From Octopus sinensis (Eukaryota), in assembly GCF_006345805.1 (NCBI RefSeq), contig NC_043002.1, positions 58,280,001 to 58,344,000 on the forward strand: a DNA stretch of 64,000 nt, written 5' to 3'. The first letter of the stretch is position 1, and the number at the start of each line of letters is the position of its first letter. The translations under genes and the position numbers were made by a program. Under the pieces are notes generated by a model. The model was not told the origin of the DNA, made no database searches, and saw nothing but the letters and a program-made list of their open reading frames with translations. This document shows, in pieces, positions 26,441 through 39,289 of this stretch.

Positions 26441-27248
26441 AATAATAAATCTCTGAGTGAGATATAAACAGTAACTGCTCTATAACATAAGGGGGATCAG
26501 CCATCTGAATGTGGCTAGGGTCATGTTATAGAGCAGTTACTGTTTATATCTCGCTCAGAGATTTATTATTGTTTTCGAACGGATTTTCTACGCCAGTGAC
26601 TGTGGTTACTGTGAAAATCCCTATATATCCAGCCTGTAGGGGAAGTCCCTCAACGAAGAACGGTGCTTACCATACGTTGACAAGAGGCAATAACCTCGAA
26701 ACCGGTCCGTGTGTAGTATCCGTATCTTCGGGGAGGCTGATCTCCCTTTGCAGGCTGGCAAGGACACCGAGATGGTGTCAGCCCTTCTGGTGACGTTGAT
26801 GTTCGCCTAGGGCTAAATGCATCAGTAACACCCCCACCATCCCGCCCTGACCCTAGCCACATTCAGATGGCTGATCCCCCTTATGTTATAGAGCAGTTAC
26901 TGTTTATATCTCGCTCAGAGATTTATTATTGTTTTCGAACAGATTTTCTACGCCAGTGACTGTGGTTACTGTGAAAATCCCTATATATCCAGCCTGTAGG
27001 GGAAGTCCCTCAACGAAGAGCGGTGCTTACCATACGTTGACAAGAGGCAATAACCTCGAACCGGTCCGTGTGTAGTATCCGTATCTTCGGGGAGGCTGAT
27101 CTCCCTTTGCAGGCTGGCAAGGACACCGAGATGGTGTCAGCCCTTCTGGTGACGTTGATGTTCGCCTGGGGCTAAATGCATCAGTAACACCCCCACCACC
27201 CCGCCCTGACCCTAGCCACATTTAGATGGCTGATCCCCCTTATGTTAT
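26441..27248 (+). mobile_element. Retrozyme-like insertion: two 360-bp tandem units preceded by an ~80-bp inverted copy of the unit junction
   Basis: Units start at 26523 and 26883; 26441-26523 is the reverse complement of the unit end plus start; GC-richer than its host; end motif shared with 56545-57010. Confidence 0.8.
26671..26713 (+). ncRNA. Minimal type I hammerhead with a U3-A8 variant core
   Basis: catacg-UUGACAA-gagg caataa cctc-GAAAC-cg-GUC-cgtgtg; the second unit (27031-27072) has lost one A of GAAA. Confidence 0.7.
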
Positions 27249-28641
27249 GAAATAATATAATAATTTTACTGATAAAAAACTCTATAATCAAACTAGAAAC
27301 TTAACGATTATGATTGTATCAAAACATCGATTATAATGTTAAATATTAATTTTAATTTTTAAGTATTAATTTTTAAGGTAAGAAACCCACCAATAATCTA
27401 ATATCAGTAATAGTCAATATCTAATTACATAAATATTTTACAAAAAAAACTATAATATTATTAAAAATATAAAATTTAAATAATATATAAATTATCAATG
27501 AAAATATATAAAAGTATATAAATATTATAATTAAGATCTAAAATAATCTCTATAAATAAATATATATGCACATATAATAAAGACCTAATAAATTAATTTT
27601 TTATATTTAAAGATGAAATAGCTAATTTCAAAAATACAAACAAACAATCTTAAACGAACGCTATAGCAAATTAATTATCTTTATATCTCGTTGGCTAAAT
27701 AATAACTTTCAGAAATCTTATATTTAAAATACTTAAAGAAATAATCAATTCGTAGTTATATAGTATCAAATAAATACTATAAATATATTTATCAATGGGA
27801 ATAATAAAACTAGCAAATATCAATTTAAAAAGACAATATATAAGTTAAAATAATATTTATAAGAAATTTAAAACTACAATTAATGCTATTAATACATGTA
27901 TATACATAAACCTAATTTAAACAACTCGTATACTTGCTAACAACATATCTATCGCTAAGTAAATTCTTACGAATAAGCTTAAAGTTAATGTCTAATAATT
28001 ATATAGAAAATTACGATAATTAGATCATTACATAAACAACGATATTTACATACAAAAACAATATTATTAAACCATAAGACTTATAAAATATTAAAATCTA
28101 AAGATCTTAAATATAAATATATACTTAGCTTAGCGAGGTTTTGTAATGAACTAAACACTTGAATCGGAAAACCTCTTTACAGCGTTTATAAGAATACTCG
28201 TGGAATTACATTATTAGCAAAAAAAGAATAAATTGTTGAAGAATTCATTAAGCATGAGGAACAAATACGCTTTATCAATGAAGATTGTGAATGGGAACAG
28301 TTATGGTTTATCAATAAATGTAAATAGAATGAAGTCACAAATAAAGAATAGAATCGCTCTACACTGTAAGATTTATTAATAAAATAACTATGATAAATAA
28401 TACTTAATACAGAATAAATTAAATAATTTATAACCACTAATTATTATATATACTTTAAAAATCTTATATGATTAATAAATATATAAAAATCTTATATGAT
28501 TAATAAATATATAAAAAAAATTTTATAGTACTATAAATTCTTACCCAATTACTCTTATAATTATAAGCTAAAACTAGTGATCATAACCAAGATCTCTAAA
28601 ATAGTTATCAAAATTTGAGGTATAACTATACATGCGTATAC

Positions 28642-28728
<87 letters not shown>

Positions 28729-29571
28729 TGCATACATACACACATACACATACATACATGCACATACATACAATACGCAATACATACACATACACATATA
28801 TACACACACACATAAATAAATGTATATACATATACATATATATACACGTACATAAACATATACATATATATACATACATACACACACAAACACATATATC
28901 ATATAAATAAATACGTATATAAATGTCTATATTCATACTTCAATACAAACATAGAGGTAAACATTAAGTTTAATCTATATACTCAATCTTACTAATCTAC
29001 ACTTCTATATTAAATAAAATAGATTAAATAAACATCCAAATAAATCTATTTCAAATAAAAGAGATTACATACATATATATTAATTCAACAAAATTATAAT
29101 TATAATTTAACAAAATTATAACAGAAATATAACAAAATATATAAACTTAACTTTATTATAAGATAAATATATCATATTATTAATACTTAAATAGATACTA
29201 ATTAATAATAAATTAATCTAATTAAATAGGTAAATTAATATAACGATAGATCAAATGCATTATTCAATAATAGAATAAGTTATCATTATAAAAAATTATC
29301 CTATACTTACGAAATTGTAACTTTCCAAACTCTATATTCAATAAACCATTAAATATTTAGTAATAAAATAAACAACTAAATATAATCTAACTATAAATAA
29401 AAACAGAACCTAAATAACTAAAATAAACTAATACAAACCTCATAAAATTTTAATATTTTAATTTGGAATTTTATATTTTTTTAATATTTTCCTAATTAAT
29501 TATTTCTATGTATTGGCTTATGATTTTCACAGTTTGATTTGCCTAACAGTGGTTTTATCTCTAATTTAATA

Positions 29572-29620
<49 letters not shown>

Positions 29621-29675
29621 CACATATGTATACATATATACATATATATACATATATATATACGTATATATATAC

Positions 29676-29720
<45 letters not shown>

Positions 29721-29721
29721 C

Positions 29722-29761
<40 letters not shown>

Positions 29762-29819
29762 TTAGAGAGATAGAGAGAACCCTGCTGTACTCTTTCATCA
29801 CAAGTTTCTCTCATTCTTT

Positions 29820-30030
29820 CTTCCTGTTTCTGTTGGACCTGCATTTCAAAGGGCCAACCATGTCAAATTCTGTGTCACACTGAATCTCCACGACAACTAC
29901 GTTAAAGGTATTCATGTCTGTGGAGTGTTCAGCCACTTGCACGTTAATTTCACAAGCAGGCTGTTCCATTAATCGGATCAACTGAAACCCACGTCGTCGT
30001 AACCGACGGAGTGCCACGACGACGATAATG
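29820..30030 (-). mobile_element. Second SINE family (also ~31170-31480 on -, 32897-33210 on +)
   Basis: Shared body aaagggcc...ttgtcacac...gaatctc...gaactacgttaaggg...cagccacttgcacgttaattt...tcgtcgtaaccgac; tRNA-like head on the 32897 copy. Confidence 0.7.
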
Positions 30031-31601
30031 GTTGCTGTTATGCAAAAGTGTCGTAAGTTCAAAATGTTGCTTTTTCAGAAAACGGAACAATAGTTCCACC
30101 ATTCCATAGCAAAACGGTTGTATTACACTGACAATTTTTGATATCTTGGCATCTGAAGTAGCTGGAGATATGACAATTTGACCAAAATTTTGCCAGCAAA
30201 AATAAATATTGGAAAAAAACGCATTTGGCCAAATTTGGACATACGACAGTTTAACAAAATAATAACGTGGTCATTTCGTCACCCGGAACCTGGTACTTTA
30301 GTAGAAGACATTTGTCCGAGGTGCCATGCTGATTGAACCTGAAGCGTACTCTTTTACCACAGAGACATTCTTCAGTATCACAAAAAAAGAAAAAGAAAAA
30401 TAATGCTCTGGCAGAATAGAGCGTCAAATGTTTATCGACATTTCTTCTGATTTATTACGTCCAGAATTCAAAATCTTGCCGAGGTTAACTTCACTTTTCA
30501 TTCTTTCGGGATCGATGAAATAGGTACCAGTCATGCTCTGGAGTCGATGTAATCTACATGCTACGCACCTCAAAATTACTGACATTGTATCAGAATTAGA
30601 AATCGTTATAAACCTCCACCCCGCCCCACAAATTGAAGTTAAACAGATCAATTTAATATGTAAAGTGCTACGGGCCACGATCGCGGCCGTCAGGCACAGG
30701 TCGACAAGCCACGATTGTGGCCTAGATAGATGCATTTAATTTATGGGCATTTGTTGGGGTCTAATATCACTCAAACGGTCCGAAACCCCCTGGAATGCGA
30801 GAAGACTAATTGTTCAACTAATGACTTTTCAGATGTAAAATTTGCCATCATTGTATACTAAGACGATATTTTAACTATTTTTTTTTTTTTTTTTTTTATG
30901 TGTGTATAGTAGTCTCATTTTCATACGATGTGCTTAGTAGTCGATGCTATGTAAGTGCAAATCCCAGCGCTTTATGGGTTTAAAGTGTTTTAGATCGAAA
31001 TCATTTCTATCCTTATAACTGAACGGAATGCACCAAGCTTTAAGGAGATGACAGCTTAGTTGTGATTGCTTGTGTATTAAAAAGGAAAACAAAGAAGAGG
31101 CGCTAAAACTTTCTTGAAATATATTTTTGAATGAGCCGAATCGAAGATTGTAGAATATTCATTGTTGGCGATAACTGGTCTTCCGTCGGTTACGACGACA
31201 ATCAACGGAAGAGCATGCTCGTGAAATTAACGTGCAAGTGGTTGTGCATTTCACAGACACGTGCACCCTTAATGTAGTTCTCGCCGTGATTTAGCATGAC
31301 ATACAATGTGACACGGCTGGCCCTTTGTAATTAGAGGGACAACTCATTTTTGGCAACTGAGTGGACTGGAGCAACGTGAAATAAAGTGTCTTGCTCAAGG
31401 ACACAACACACCGCCAGAAATCGAGCTCACGACCTTACGATCGTGAGCCGAAATCCCCTAACCACTAAGCCACGCGCCTTCGCTACTGCAGGAGATATTC
31501 TTACAAATATACGATATGAAATATCGCAAGTATGGAAATTTACACAAAATGGGAAGTTTATAAAGTAAAACGTAAACGCGTTGGACAGTCAGTGAGTATG
31601 A

Positions 31602-31611
31602 GGAAATTCCC
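31602..31611 (-). promoter_or_regulatory. Consensus kappa-B (NF-kB/Rel) site upstream of the cytokine-like gene
   Basis: GGAAATTCCC = reverse complement GGGAATTTCC, matching GGGRNWYYCC; ~430 bp upstream of the TATA box; a weaker site GGGAAAATTC lies at 32096-32105. Confidence 0.5.
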
Positions 31612-31978
31612 GCGTAAAGTTAGAAAGCTTTAGATCGATTAGGTAAAACTCTACACGCACGGAGAAAACAACCAGCCGTGAAGTTACACTTGTGCATAAC
31701 AAACGGTCTCTCTTAGCTGACTGTCTATATAGTCCTTCAGTGACTACTCTCTTTCTTTCTCTCCTTCACTCTTTCTTTCTCCCCCCCCTCTCTCTCTCTC
31801 TCACACACACACACATCTTCTGTCAGCCTTTCTTTCGCATTTTCTTTCTTTACTCTTTTCCCTCTTCCAATAATTTTTTTACTTTCTGTGTTGAAAAAAA
31901 AAACAAAAAAAAACCAAAAAAAAACAAATCACTGAGAAATTCGGAAACAGAAAGTAATATTTCGATTCTATTTATAGA

Positions 31979-32029
<51 letters not shown>

Positions 32030-32036
32030 CTGTCCC

Positions 32037-32044
32037 TATATAAG
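32037..32044 (+). promoter_or_regulatory. TATA box of the cytokine-like gene
   Basis: TATATAAG in unique sequence after a (CT)n tract, 122 bp upstream of the ATG; pyrimidine-A initiator-like sites at ~32066-32076. Confidence 0.6.
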
Positions 32045-32158
32045 AAAGCTGTCACATGTGTTTCCAGAAGTTTCCAGTCCTGACAGAGAGTTGATGGGAA
32101 AATTCTTGTGAGCTTGAGATTATATTTTATTGCATAACTAATAACAAATCTACCAAAT

Positions 32159-32168
32159 ATGAAAATAC
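32159..32168 (+). CDS. Exon 1 (ATG AAA ATA C) of a putative secreted four-helix cytokine-like protein
   Basis: ATG in an A-at-minus-3 context; donor AC|GTAAGT; phase 1 matches the tttcatttag| acceptor at 37575/37576 and completes the signal peptide MKIPLQFSS... Confidence 0.65.
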
Positions 32169-33721
32169 GTAAGTTGTAGATCTTATATTAGTTTCATTAC
32201 GATATTTATTATTTGTAATCAAAAGGTAAATGATCCCCGATAACTGTAAGAAGTAACTTTTATGCAATTACATATTTTTTCTTCTTACGCTTTCCGGATT
32301 GTTCAGGTTTCATCATTAGTCACCACAGATATATATGTCCCTAACACCAAAGATCGCCAAACTTTTCAACATCAAAATAATTTTATTTCGTTTTGTTTTA
32401 CGTTTTTGCAGTTTTTTTGTTAGTGTTTTGTTGTTGCTTTTTTTTTTTTGTTTTGGGTTTGTTTGTTTTTTTTTTGCTTTATTGCTCGTTTCTTTTTTAT
32501 CTTCTACTACTTTTATCTATCATGTAATTTCTCGCATAAAATTGCATTGCTGCCGGATCCCATCATTTGGGATTGCTGATTTTAAAAACATAATAATAAA
32601 ACTTAGGAAAGTGTGACAAAGTCACACTGCCACTTTTCCACCTACAGCCTTCAGTTGAAGGTGGAAAAGCCAGAAATTTCGGGGGAGGCGGATTAGTCGA
32701 TTACATTGACCCCCAGTGTTCAACTGGTACTTATTTTATCGACTCCCACTGCTAAAATACAAAGTCGATACAACGGTATTTGAACTTATAGCATCATTAC
32801 TTTTCCCGGTGTGGTAAGCTAAGCACTTTTCCTGATGCGGTTAACGATTCCGCCAGCTCGCCACCTTAAACAGTATTCTATACTAGCTACTAGTGAAGGC
32901 GCGTGGCTTAGTGGTTAGGGCATTCGGCTGGCGAGCGTAAGGTCGTGATTTCAATTCCCGGTGACACGTTGTGTTCTTGAGAAAGACAATTTATTTCATG
33001 TTGCTCCAGACCACTCAGCTGGAAAAATTGAGTAGTACCTGTATTTCAAAGGGCCAGCCTTGTCACACACTGTGTCATGCTGAATCTCCCTGAGAACTAC
33101 GTTAAGGGTCTGTGGAGTGCTCAGCCACTTGCACGTAAATTTCCAGAGCAAGCTGTTCTGTTGATCGTATCAGCTGGGACCCTCGTCGTCGTAATCGACA
33201 GAGTGCTCCATTGACTACTGTGGTTTTATACTCAAACATTTCCAATTACTTAGACCGAATAAAAACAGCAAATAACGAGAGAATTTTAATGTTCAACAAA
33301 AAAAAAACATACACGAGTCCTCTCCCTTCCTCTGTTTCTTGAATCTGTGGAGCTTTATATGTCAAAATTTTTGTTGCTTATCTTTATATTATTTAAGTGT
33401 GGGAAAAACCACACGAATTCGTTCACTATATAACAAACAATATAAACCATATAGAATAAACAATATAAGCAAGGAAATTCTTGATGATAAGACTATGAGA
33501 ATTTAGAAACGTTGGGAATAGATTAAGGAACCCTACCGATACAAACCAATTGCCAAAGCTGATAAAATATGAAAACTTACAAAGTAAAAAAATGATGAGA
33601 TTTAAACGTGATCGCTTGTTTAAAGAAACATGTGTGTGTGTGTATACGTACATATGCATATAAAATTGTGTATGTTTATGTATACACACACGCACACAAA
33701 GACAAACATACGCACACATTA

Positions 33722-34405
33722 ATACTCTCTTTTACTCTTTTACTTGTTTCAGTCATTTGACTGCGGCCATGCTGGAGCACCGCCTTTAGTCGAGCAAATC
33801 GACCCCGGGACTTATTCTTTGTAAGCCCAGTACTTATTCTATCGGTCTATTTTGCCGAACCGCTAAGTGACGGGGACGTAAACACACCAGCATCGGTTGT
33901 CAAGCAATGCTAGAGGGACATATATATATATATACATAAGTAATACTAAGTAATTAAGGGTTTAGCAACGATTTGCCTCACCACACACCGAATTTAGAAA
34001 TAGCAGTCAAAGAGTTATAGCTATTCTTTCTACTAGAAAGAATAGCTATAACTCTTTGACTGCTATTTCTAAATTCGGTGTGTGGTGAAGCAAATCGTTG
34101 CTAAACCCTTAATTACTTAGTATTACTTAAACTTTCCTCGAACGGGGCTTTTACATGCCGAAATCTACTTGGTGAAATTAATGATTTCTCCAAATTAATT
34201 AATTTCACCCTATATTATTACTGATATATATATACATATATACGACAGGCTTCTTTCAGTTTCCGTCAACCAAATCCACTCACAAGGCATTGGTCGGCCC
34301 GGGGCTATAGCAGAAGACACTTGCCCAAGATGCCACGCAGTGGGACTGAACCCGGAACCATGTGGTTGGTTAGCAAGCTACTTACCACACATCCATTCCT
34401 GCGCC
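33722..34405 (-). mobile_element. Third SINE family with (TA)n centre, carrying an inserted palindrome (other copies ~22560-22800, 24590-25030, 39390-39560, 44150-45060, 59945-60110, 62160-62310)
   Basis: Shared segments ccagcatggccgcagtc and aaatccactcacaaggc...ggtcggccc...ggctatag; tRNA-like head at the right end. Confidence 0.75.
33937..34129. repeat. 193-bp palindrome (96-bp arms, 1-nt centre at 34033)
   Basis: Arms are reverse-complementary with one mismatch seen. Confidence 0.9.
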
Positions 34406-35156
34406 TAATGTTCATAATGTTCATAACACGCACACATTTATTAATGCCCATAATAAAAACAATTTTGCATTAATCTGATGGCTTACTCTATACTTTTGTG
34501 GGGTACAAATTTATTATTCTTTATAAAAAATATTGATGACAGTGACATCGAAGTTTCGGCCAGTTAAGAGAAAAGGAGTAAAACGTAAGAATTACTCTGA
34601 GGTAAAGTAAAAATTTTAAGGATTCTCATGCATGCTGCATGACCCATATTCCTATTAATTGAGGAAACGATTGTAGTAGCATTGTGGGTAAATACATCAC
34701 TTGACATAATATAGAAAGAGCCAAGACATCGCCCATTGACAAGATGGTCATCCGCTGATTAGCATTCAATTGATAATGGCGTTATACCCAAAATAATCAG
34801 CATTTAAAATTTTTTTTTTCTTAAAAGAATAAGGATATGATGTTTCGAATGAAATTATTCAGGTATTCGCGCCCTTTTTATCTTTTTTTTTTTGTTTTTT
34901 TTTTAGTCGTGTTTTCTTTGAGGATATATTCTTCCGCCTACATACTTATGTTTTTTATATTTGTTGATATTAATTGTTCCAATAAAGAAGGCGAGCTCGC
35001 AAAATTGTTAGCACACCGACCGCAGTGCTTAGCAATGTTTCGTTCGTCTTCACGTTCTGAGATCAAATCCCGCAGGGATCGACTTTTCCTTTTATATATG
35101 TATATATATATATATATATATGTATATGTGGGTGGGGGGGTTCTTATATATATATA

Positions 35157-35345
35157 AAAAGCTTATGCGATCACCGTGCAATGACAAAGGGAAATAGTCT
35201 AATAAAGAGCATATAAGCCCTCGACAGGAAAAAAGAAGGCTTTCTTCACACGGATAGCAAAGCCTTCTTTTTTCTGTGGAGCGCTTATATGCCCTTTTAT
35301 TAGACTATTTTCCTTAGTCATTGCACGGTGATCGCCATAAGCTTT
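35157..35345. repeat. ~190-bp imperfect foldback (MITE-like)
   Basis: aagcttatgcgatcaccgtgcaatgac ... gtcattgcacggtgatcgccataagctt, with complementarity continuing to a ~15-nt loop. Confidence 0.75.
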
Positions 35346-35433
35346 AAGCTTATATATATTAAAAAGATGCATTATTATTATTTACAAATTATAAATTACG
35401 GCGCCGTAATAAAAAAACATTCGCACCGAAAGC

Positions 35434-35464
<31 letters not shown>

Positions 35465-36190
35465 TGTATGTATGTATGTATGTATGTATGTATGTATGTA
35501 TGTATGTATGTATGTATATATATATGTATGTATATGTATATATATATGTATATATATATAACGGGAAGCTTTATGAAAATAAACAAAAGACGAAGGCAGG
35601 TGGAAGACAAACGAACAATTGTATTAGTATGGCGCTCAGGAATATAAATAAAACAAGTCTTTAACGTTCGAGCCTACGCTCTTCAACAGAAAGATACACA
35701 GAGAGAGAGAAAAACACAGAAAGAAGGAGAGAAAAAAATGCTTGCAGTAGCTAACGAATCAACATGGCGATCTGATTTCGGCCAGAGGTCAAAGATCAAA
35801 CATGAGACGCGAGAGCGAAATAAGGGGAGATAATAGGGTTGATAAAAGGGTTGAGTGACCAGCTAAAAGTGCGTGGGAGGGGTCTGGATGTGTGTATGTA
35901 TAGGGTTGGTGTATGTATTAGTATGTATACGGGTGGGTGTGTGTTGTGTGTGTGTATGAGAGAGTATTAGTGCGTAAGATTGGTCTGGACGTGCGTATGT
36001 ATGGGGTTGGTGTATGTATTAGTATGTATTAGTATGTATTAGTACGTATTGGTATGTATAGGGTGGTGTGTGTGGTGTGTGTGAGAGAGTATAAGTGTGT
36101 ATGCGGGGTCTGGACGTGTGTATGTATAGGGTGGTGTAAGTATTAGTATGTACTAGTATGTATTAGTATGTATTAGTATGTATTAGTATG

Positions 36191-36237
<47 letters not shown>

Positions 36238-36282
36238 GTGTGTATATATATATGTATATATATATTTATATATATATAAATA

Positions 36283-36326
<44 letters not shown>

Positions 36327-37185
36327 CCCCAAAATTAAGGAACGGTGTAGATAATATCCAGGCTACATATGTTCATAGCTAGCAGACCATCGGAAGTGGT
36401 AATTACGCAAACGAGGGATAATCCGATAGCTACTCGTCAGGCCAAAGATACCTTAAACAATAATTTTTTTTTAAAAGGCCCTACGAATAGCTGGCGGATT
36501 CTCCCTCGTTTGGACAGTTACTACTTCTGAGGTTCTGCTAGCTATGAAACATATGCAGCCTGGTTTTTCTCTGCTCCGTTCCTTAATTTTGAATTTATAT
36601 TCGCAAACGCAGCAATGGCGGTGCCCCAGCATGGCCAAAGCTCGTGAGCTGAAACTAGATAAAATAAAAAAAATTTTTTAATAATCTCAGCTACTGGGAT
36701 TCCAAAAACAATGTCTGTAAGATGCACAGTGTGATATCACATCTTTCATGCAACTCTGATGAAATGCCACTCTATTGTCTAAAACCGCAAATATTACATA
36801 AATCACCACTTCGAATGTTTGCGTAAACTGGCGTTGCAAGTAGAGTTGGTACAGAAGCAAATGTAACGAATCATTAAAGATGTGTTAAAGAATTTTTTTT
36901 GTTGTCATATTATTTAGATTATAATTTATTCTTCGCCAAACCCACATTACTATGTGACTGTCCTGAAAACAGCATTGATAGCCCAGTATTTGGGTGGAAT
37001 GCTTTTCTGGAAATACCCAACTTTTACACACACACACACACATGTATGTATGTATGTATGTATGTATGTATGTATGTATGTATGTATGTATTAATTTATA
37101 TTTATTGTTATACTTTGAGGATTTTTGTCAATTAAACACACGTACACTAATTAGCAAAATGTTTACCATCCCAAGTATAACAATA

Positions 37186-37218
<33 letters not shown>

Positions 37219-37575
37219 GTGTGTGCTGATAGCATTCTTATGTGTGTGAATGAGTGGATGTGAGTATGGGCTGGTGGCATTTGCTTGAATCTCTCTCTCA
37301 CTCTATCTCTCTCTTCCACTCACTCCTCTTTCCCTCTCTCCTACTCTTTCTTTCTTTCTCTCTCCCTCATGCACATACACATATGCACACATTTACACTT
37401 TTACCATCACATTCTCTCAGTGTAACTTACAGTTTACACCACATAAATTTACCGTTGCTACTTTAATATAATTGACTGTCGCAACTTAACTATTTCTCTT
37501 ATGAATGATTAATAAAGTATTTATATTTCCTTGTTTCCTTCGACATCTTCTAATTTATGCTATTTTTTCATTTAG

Positions 37576-37745
37576 CTTTACAGTTTTCTTCTGCACTATA
37601 TTTATTTGCGTGGATTACATTGGTTTATGGAGTACTAATGCAACCCTCAGAGCCACCTATAAAATCAACAATAACTGATCCCGAGTTGGCATTGAACACC
37701 GCCAAAATAGTATCGATTGCTGTAAACAATACCTTCAACACTTAC
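37576..37745 (+). CDS. Exon 2: signal peptide and predicted helix A
   Basis: Acceptor tattttttcatttag|, donor AC|GTAAGT, 170 nt, phase 1/0; (P)LQFSSALYLFAWITLVYGVLMQPSEPPIKSTITDPELALNTAKIVSIAVNNTFNTY. Alternative starts: acceptor at 37583/4 or in-frame ATG 37557. Confidence 0.8.
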
Positions 37746-38862
37746 GTAAGTTTTCGCTTAGTTCTCTAAGATTTAGTAAATTCTTATTCCATCTTAATAC
37801 GCGTGGTATGTAAGGCGGCGAGCTGGCAGAAACGTTAGTACGCCGGGCGAAATGCTTTGCGGTATTTCGTCTGCCGCTACGTTCTGAGTTCAAATTCGGC
37901 CGAGGTCGACTTTGCCTTTCATCCTTTCAGGGGTCGATTAAATAAGTGCCAGTTACGCACTGGGGTCGATATAATCGACTTAATCCGTTTGTCTGTCCTT
38001 GTTTGTCCCTTCTGTGTTTAGCCCCTTGTATGTAGTAAAGAAATAGGTATTTCGTCTGCCTTGTTCTGATTTCTGAGTTCAAATTCCGCCGAGGTCGACT
38101 TCGCTTTTCATCCTTTCGGGGTTGATAAATTAAGTACCAGTTGCATACTGGGGACGATCTAATCGACTGGTCCCCTCCCCCAAAATTTCGGGCCTTGTGC
38201 ATAGATTAGAATAGAATAAGCGCCGTACGTCAAAAAAAATTGTCACATTTTACAGTTTGACAAATGGATCAATAACAACTGCACGGAGCGCACAAGACAA
38301 AACCATGGTGATAACTAAGAAAAAAAGAAACTGAAAAGTGGTAGCCCAACTGAAAAGTGGTAGCCCAACTGAAAAGTGGTAGCCCAACTGAAAAGATCCT
38401 AATACACATTAAAGCAGCCTCATAAGAAAAGTGGGCATTGTTGTACAACAAAGGTTTTGTTTATTTTCATTGATTATCAAATACGTTTTGTTCTTTAAAT
38501 TCTGAAAATATGAAATCACTCGCTTCTTAGAGGCACATTACTCTTAACACAAATCATAGTGCCTACGTTTTAATAAAATTCAAAATGAATAAATTGATTA
38601 TATCAAAATTGGTATTTACATACAACTAATCATTTCGTAATATTTTAATCATTAGATTTATTTTAAATTAATGAAATCTTATTTGATTATTTTAGTATGG
38701 GAATGTAATCTTTGATTACATTGTCGAATTTTTATATAAACTACTATCCTCGCTACAAAACGACTTGCTACAATCATACAGAAATCTCGGTTTATTTACG
38801 TACATACTAGACATTTTTCCCTTTATATATTTAAGATAGTATTGTAATATATTCTTCTACAG

Positions 38863-38988
38863 TGTCCATGGAAAAACATAAGTAGATGCTATCAATTTGC
38901 TGACTATTTCCGTAAACAACTGATCGTTCCATTACCACGGTTGTCGCTTCAAGACAACATTATCAAGAACCAAACAAAATTGTTAAAT
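38863..38988 (+). CDS. Exon 3: C-x7-C pair and predicted AB loop (absent from the ORF track)
   Basis: Acceptor atattcttctacag|, donor AT|GTAAGT, 126 nt, phase 0/0, no stops; CPWKNISRCYQFADYFRKQLIVPLPRLSLQDNIIKNQTKLLN. Confidence 0.8.
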
Positions 38989-39184
38989 GTAAGTAAAAAC
39001 TCCTTAACATTTAATTCGGATCTTCCTAAAATCTTTCTCGCTGGCATTTTTGTTTCTCTTTTAATTTTCTATACCAATATATAGTTTTACATGTTGATGA
39101 TAGAAAATTAATCTATTATATATATATATTATATATATATATATCTGCATATGCATACATACATTATTATATATATTATATATA

Positions 39185-39231
<47 letters not shown>

Positions 39232-39254
39232 ATATATATATGTATGTATGAATA

Positions 39255-39289
<35 letters not shown>

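Larger units (their letters stand above)
25868..29572. mobile_element. 3.7-kb AT-rich element bounded by ~130-bp inverted termini, with nested insertions
   Basis: Left terminus at 25868 is the reverse complement of ~29445-29572; degenerate - strand hammerhead at 26281-26375; 27250-28140 homologous to 9330-10246. Confidence 0.7.

Noticed and set aside
35640-35695. Minimal hammerhead on - strand (UUGAAGA-gc gtag gctc-GAAC)
   Set aside because: Two core defects (unpaired U3 with G8, missing A); also applies to the similar remnant at ~2040-2095. Treated as decayed.
37557-37575. ATG 37557 as the start of the cytokine-like gene
   Set aside because: Not excluded, but it lies within a polypyrimidine acceptor tract; the upstream TATA-linked 10-nt exon has a perfect donor and the matching phase.
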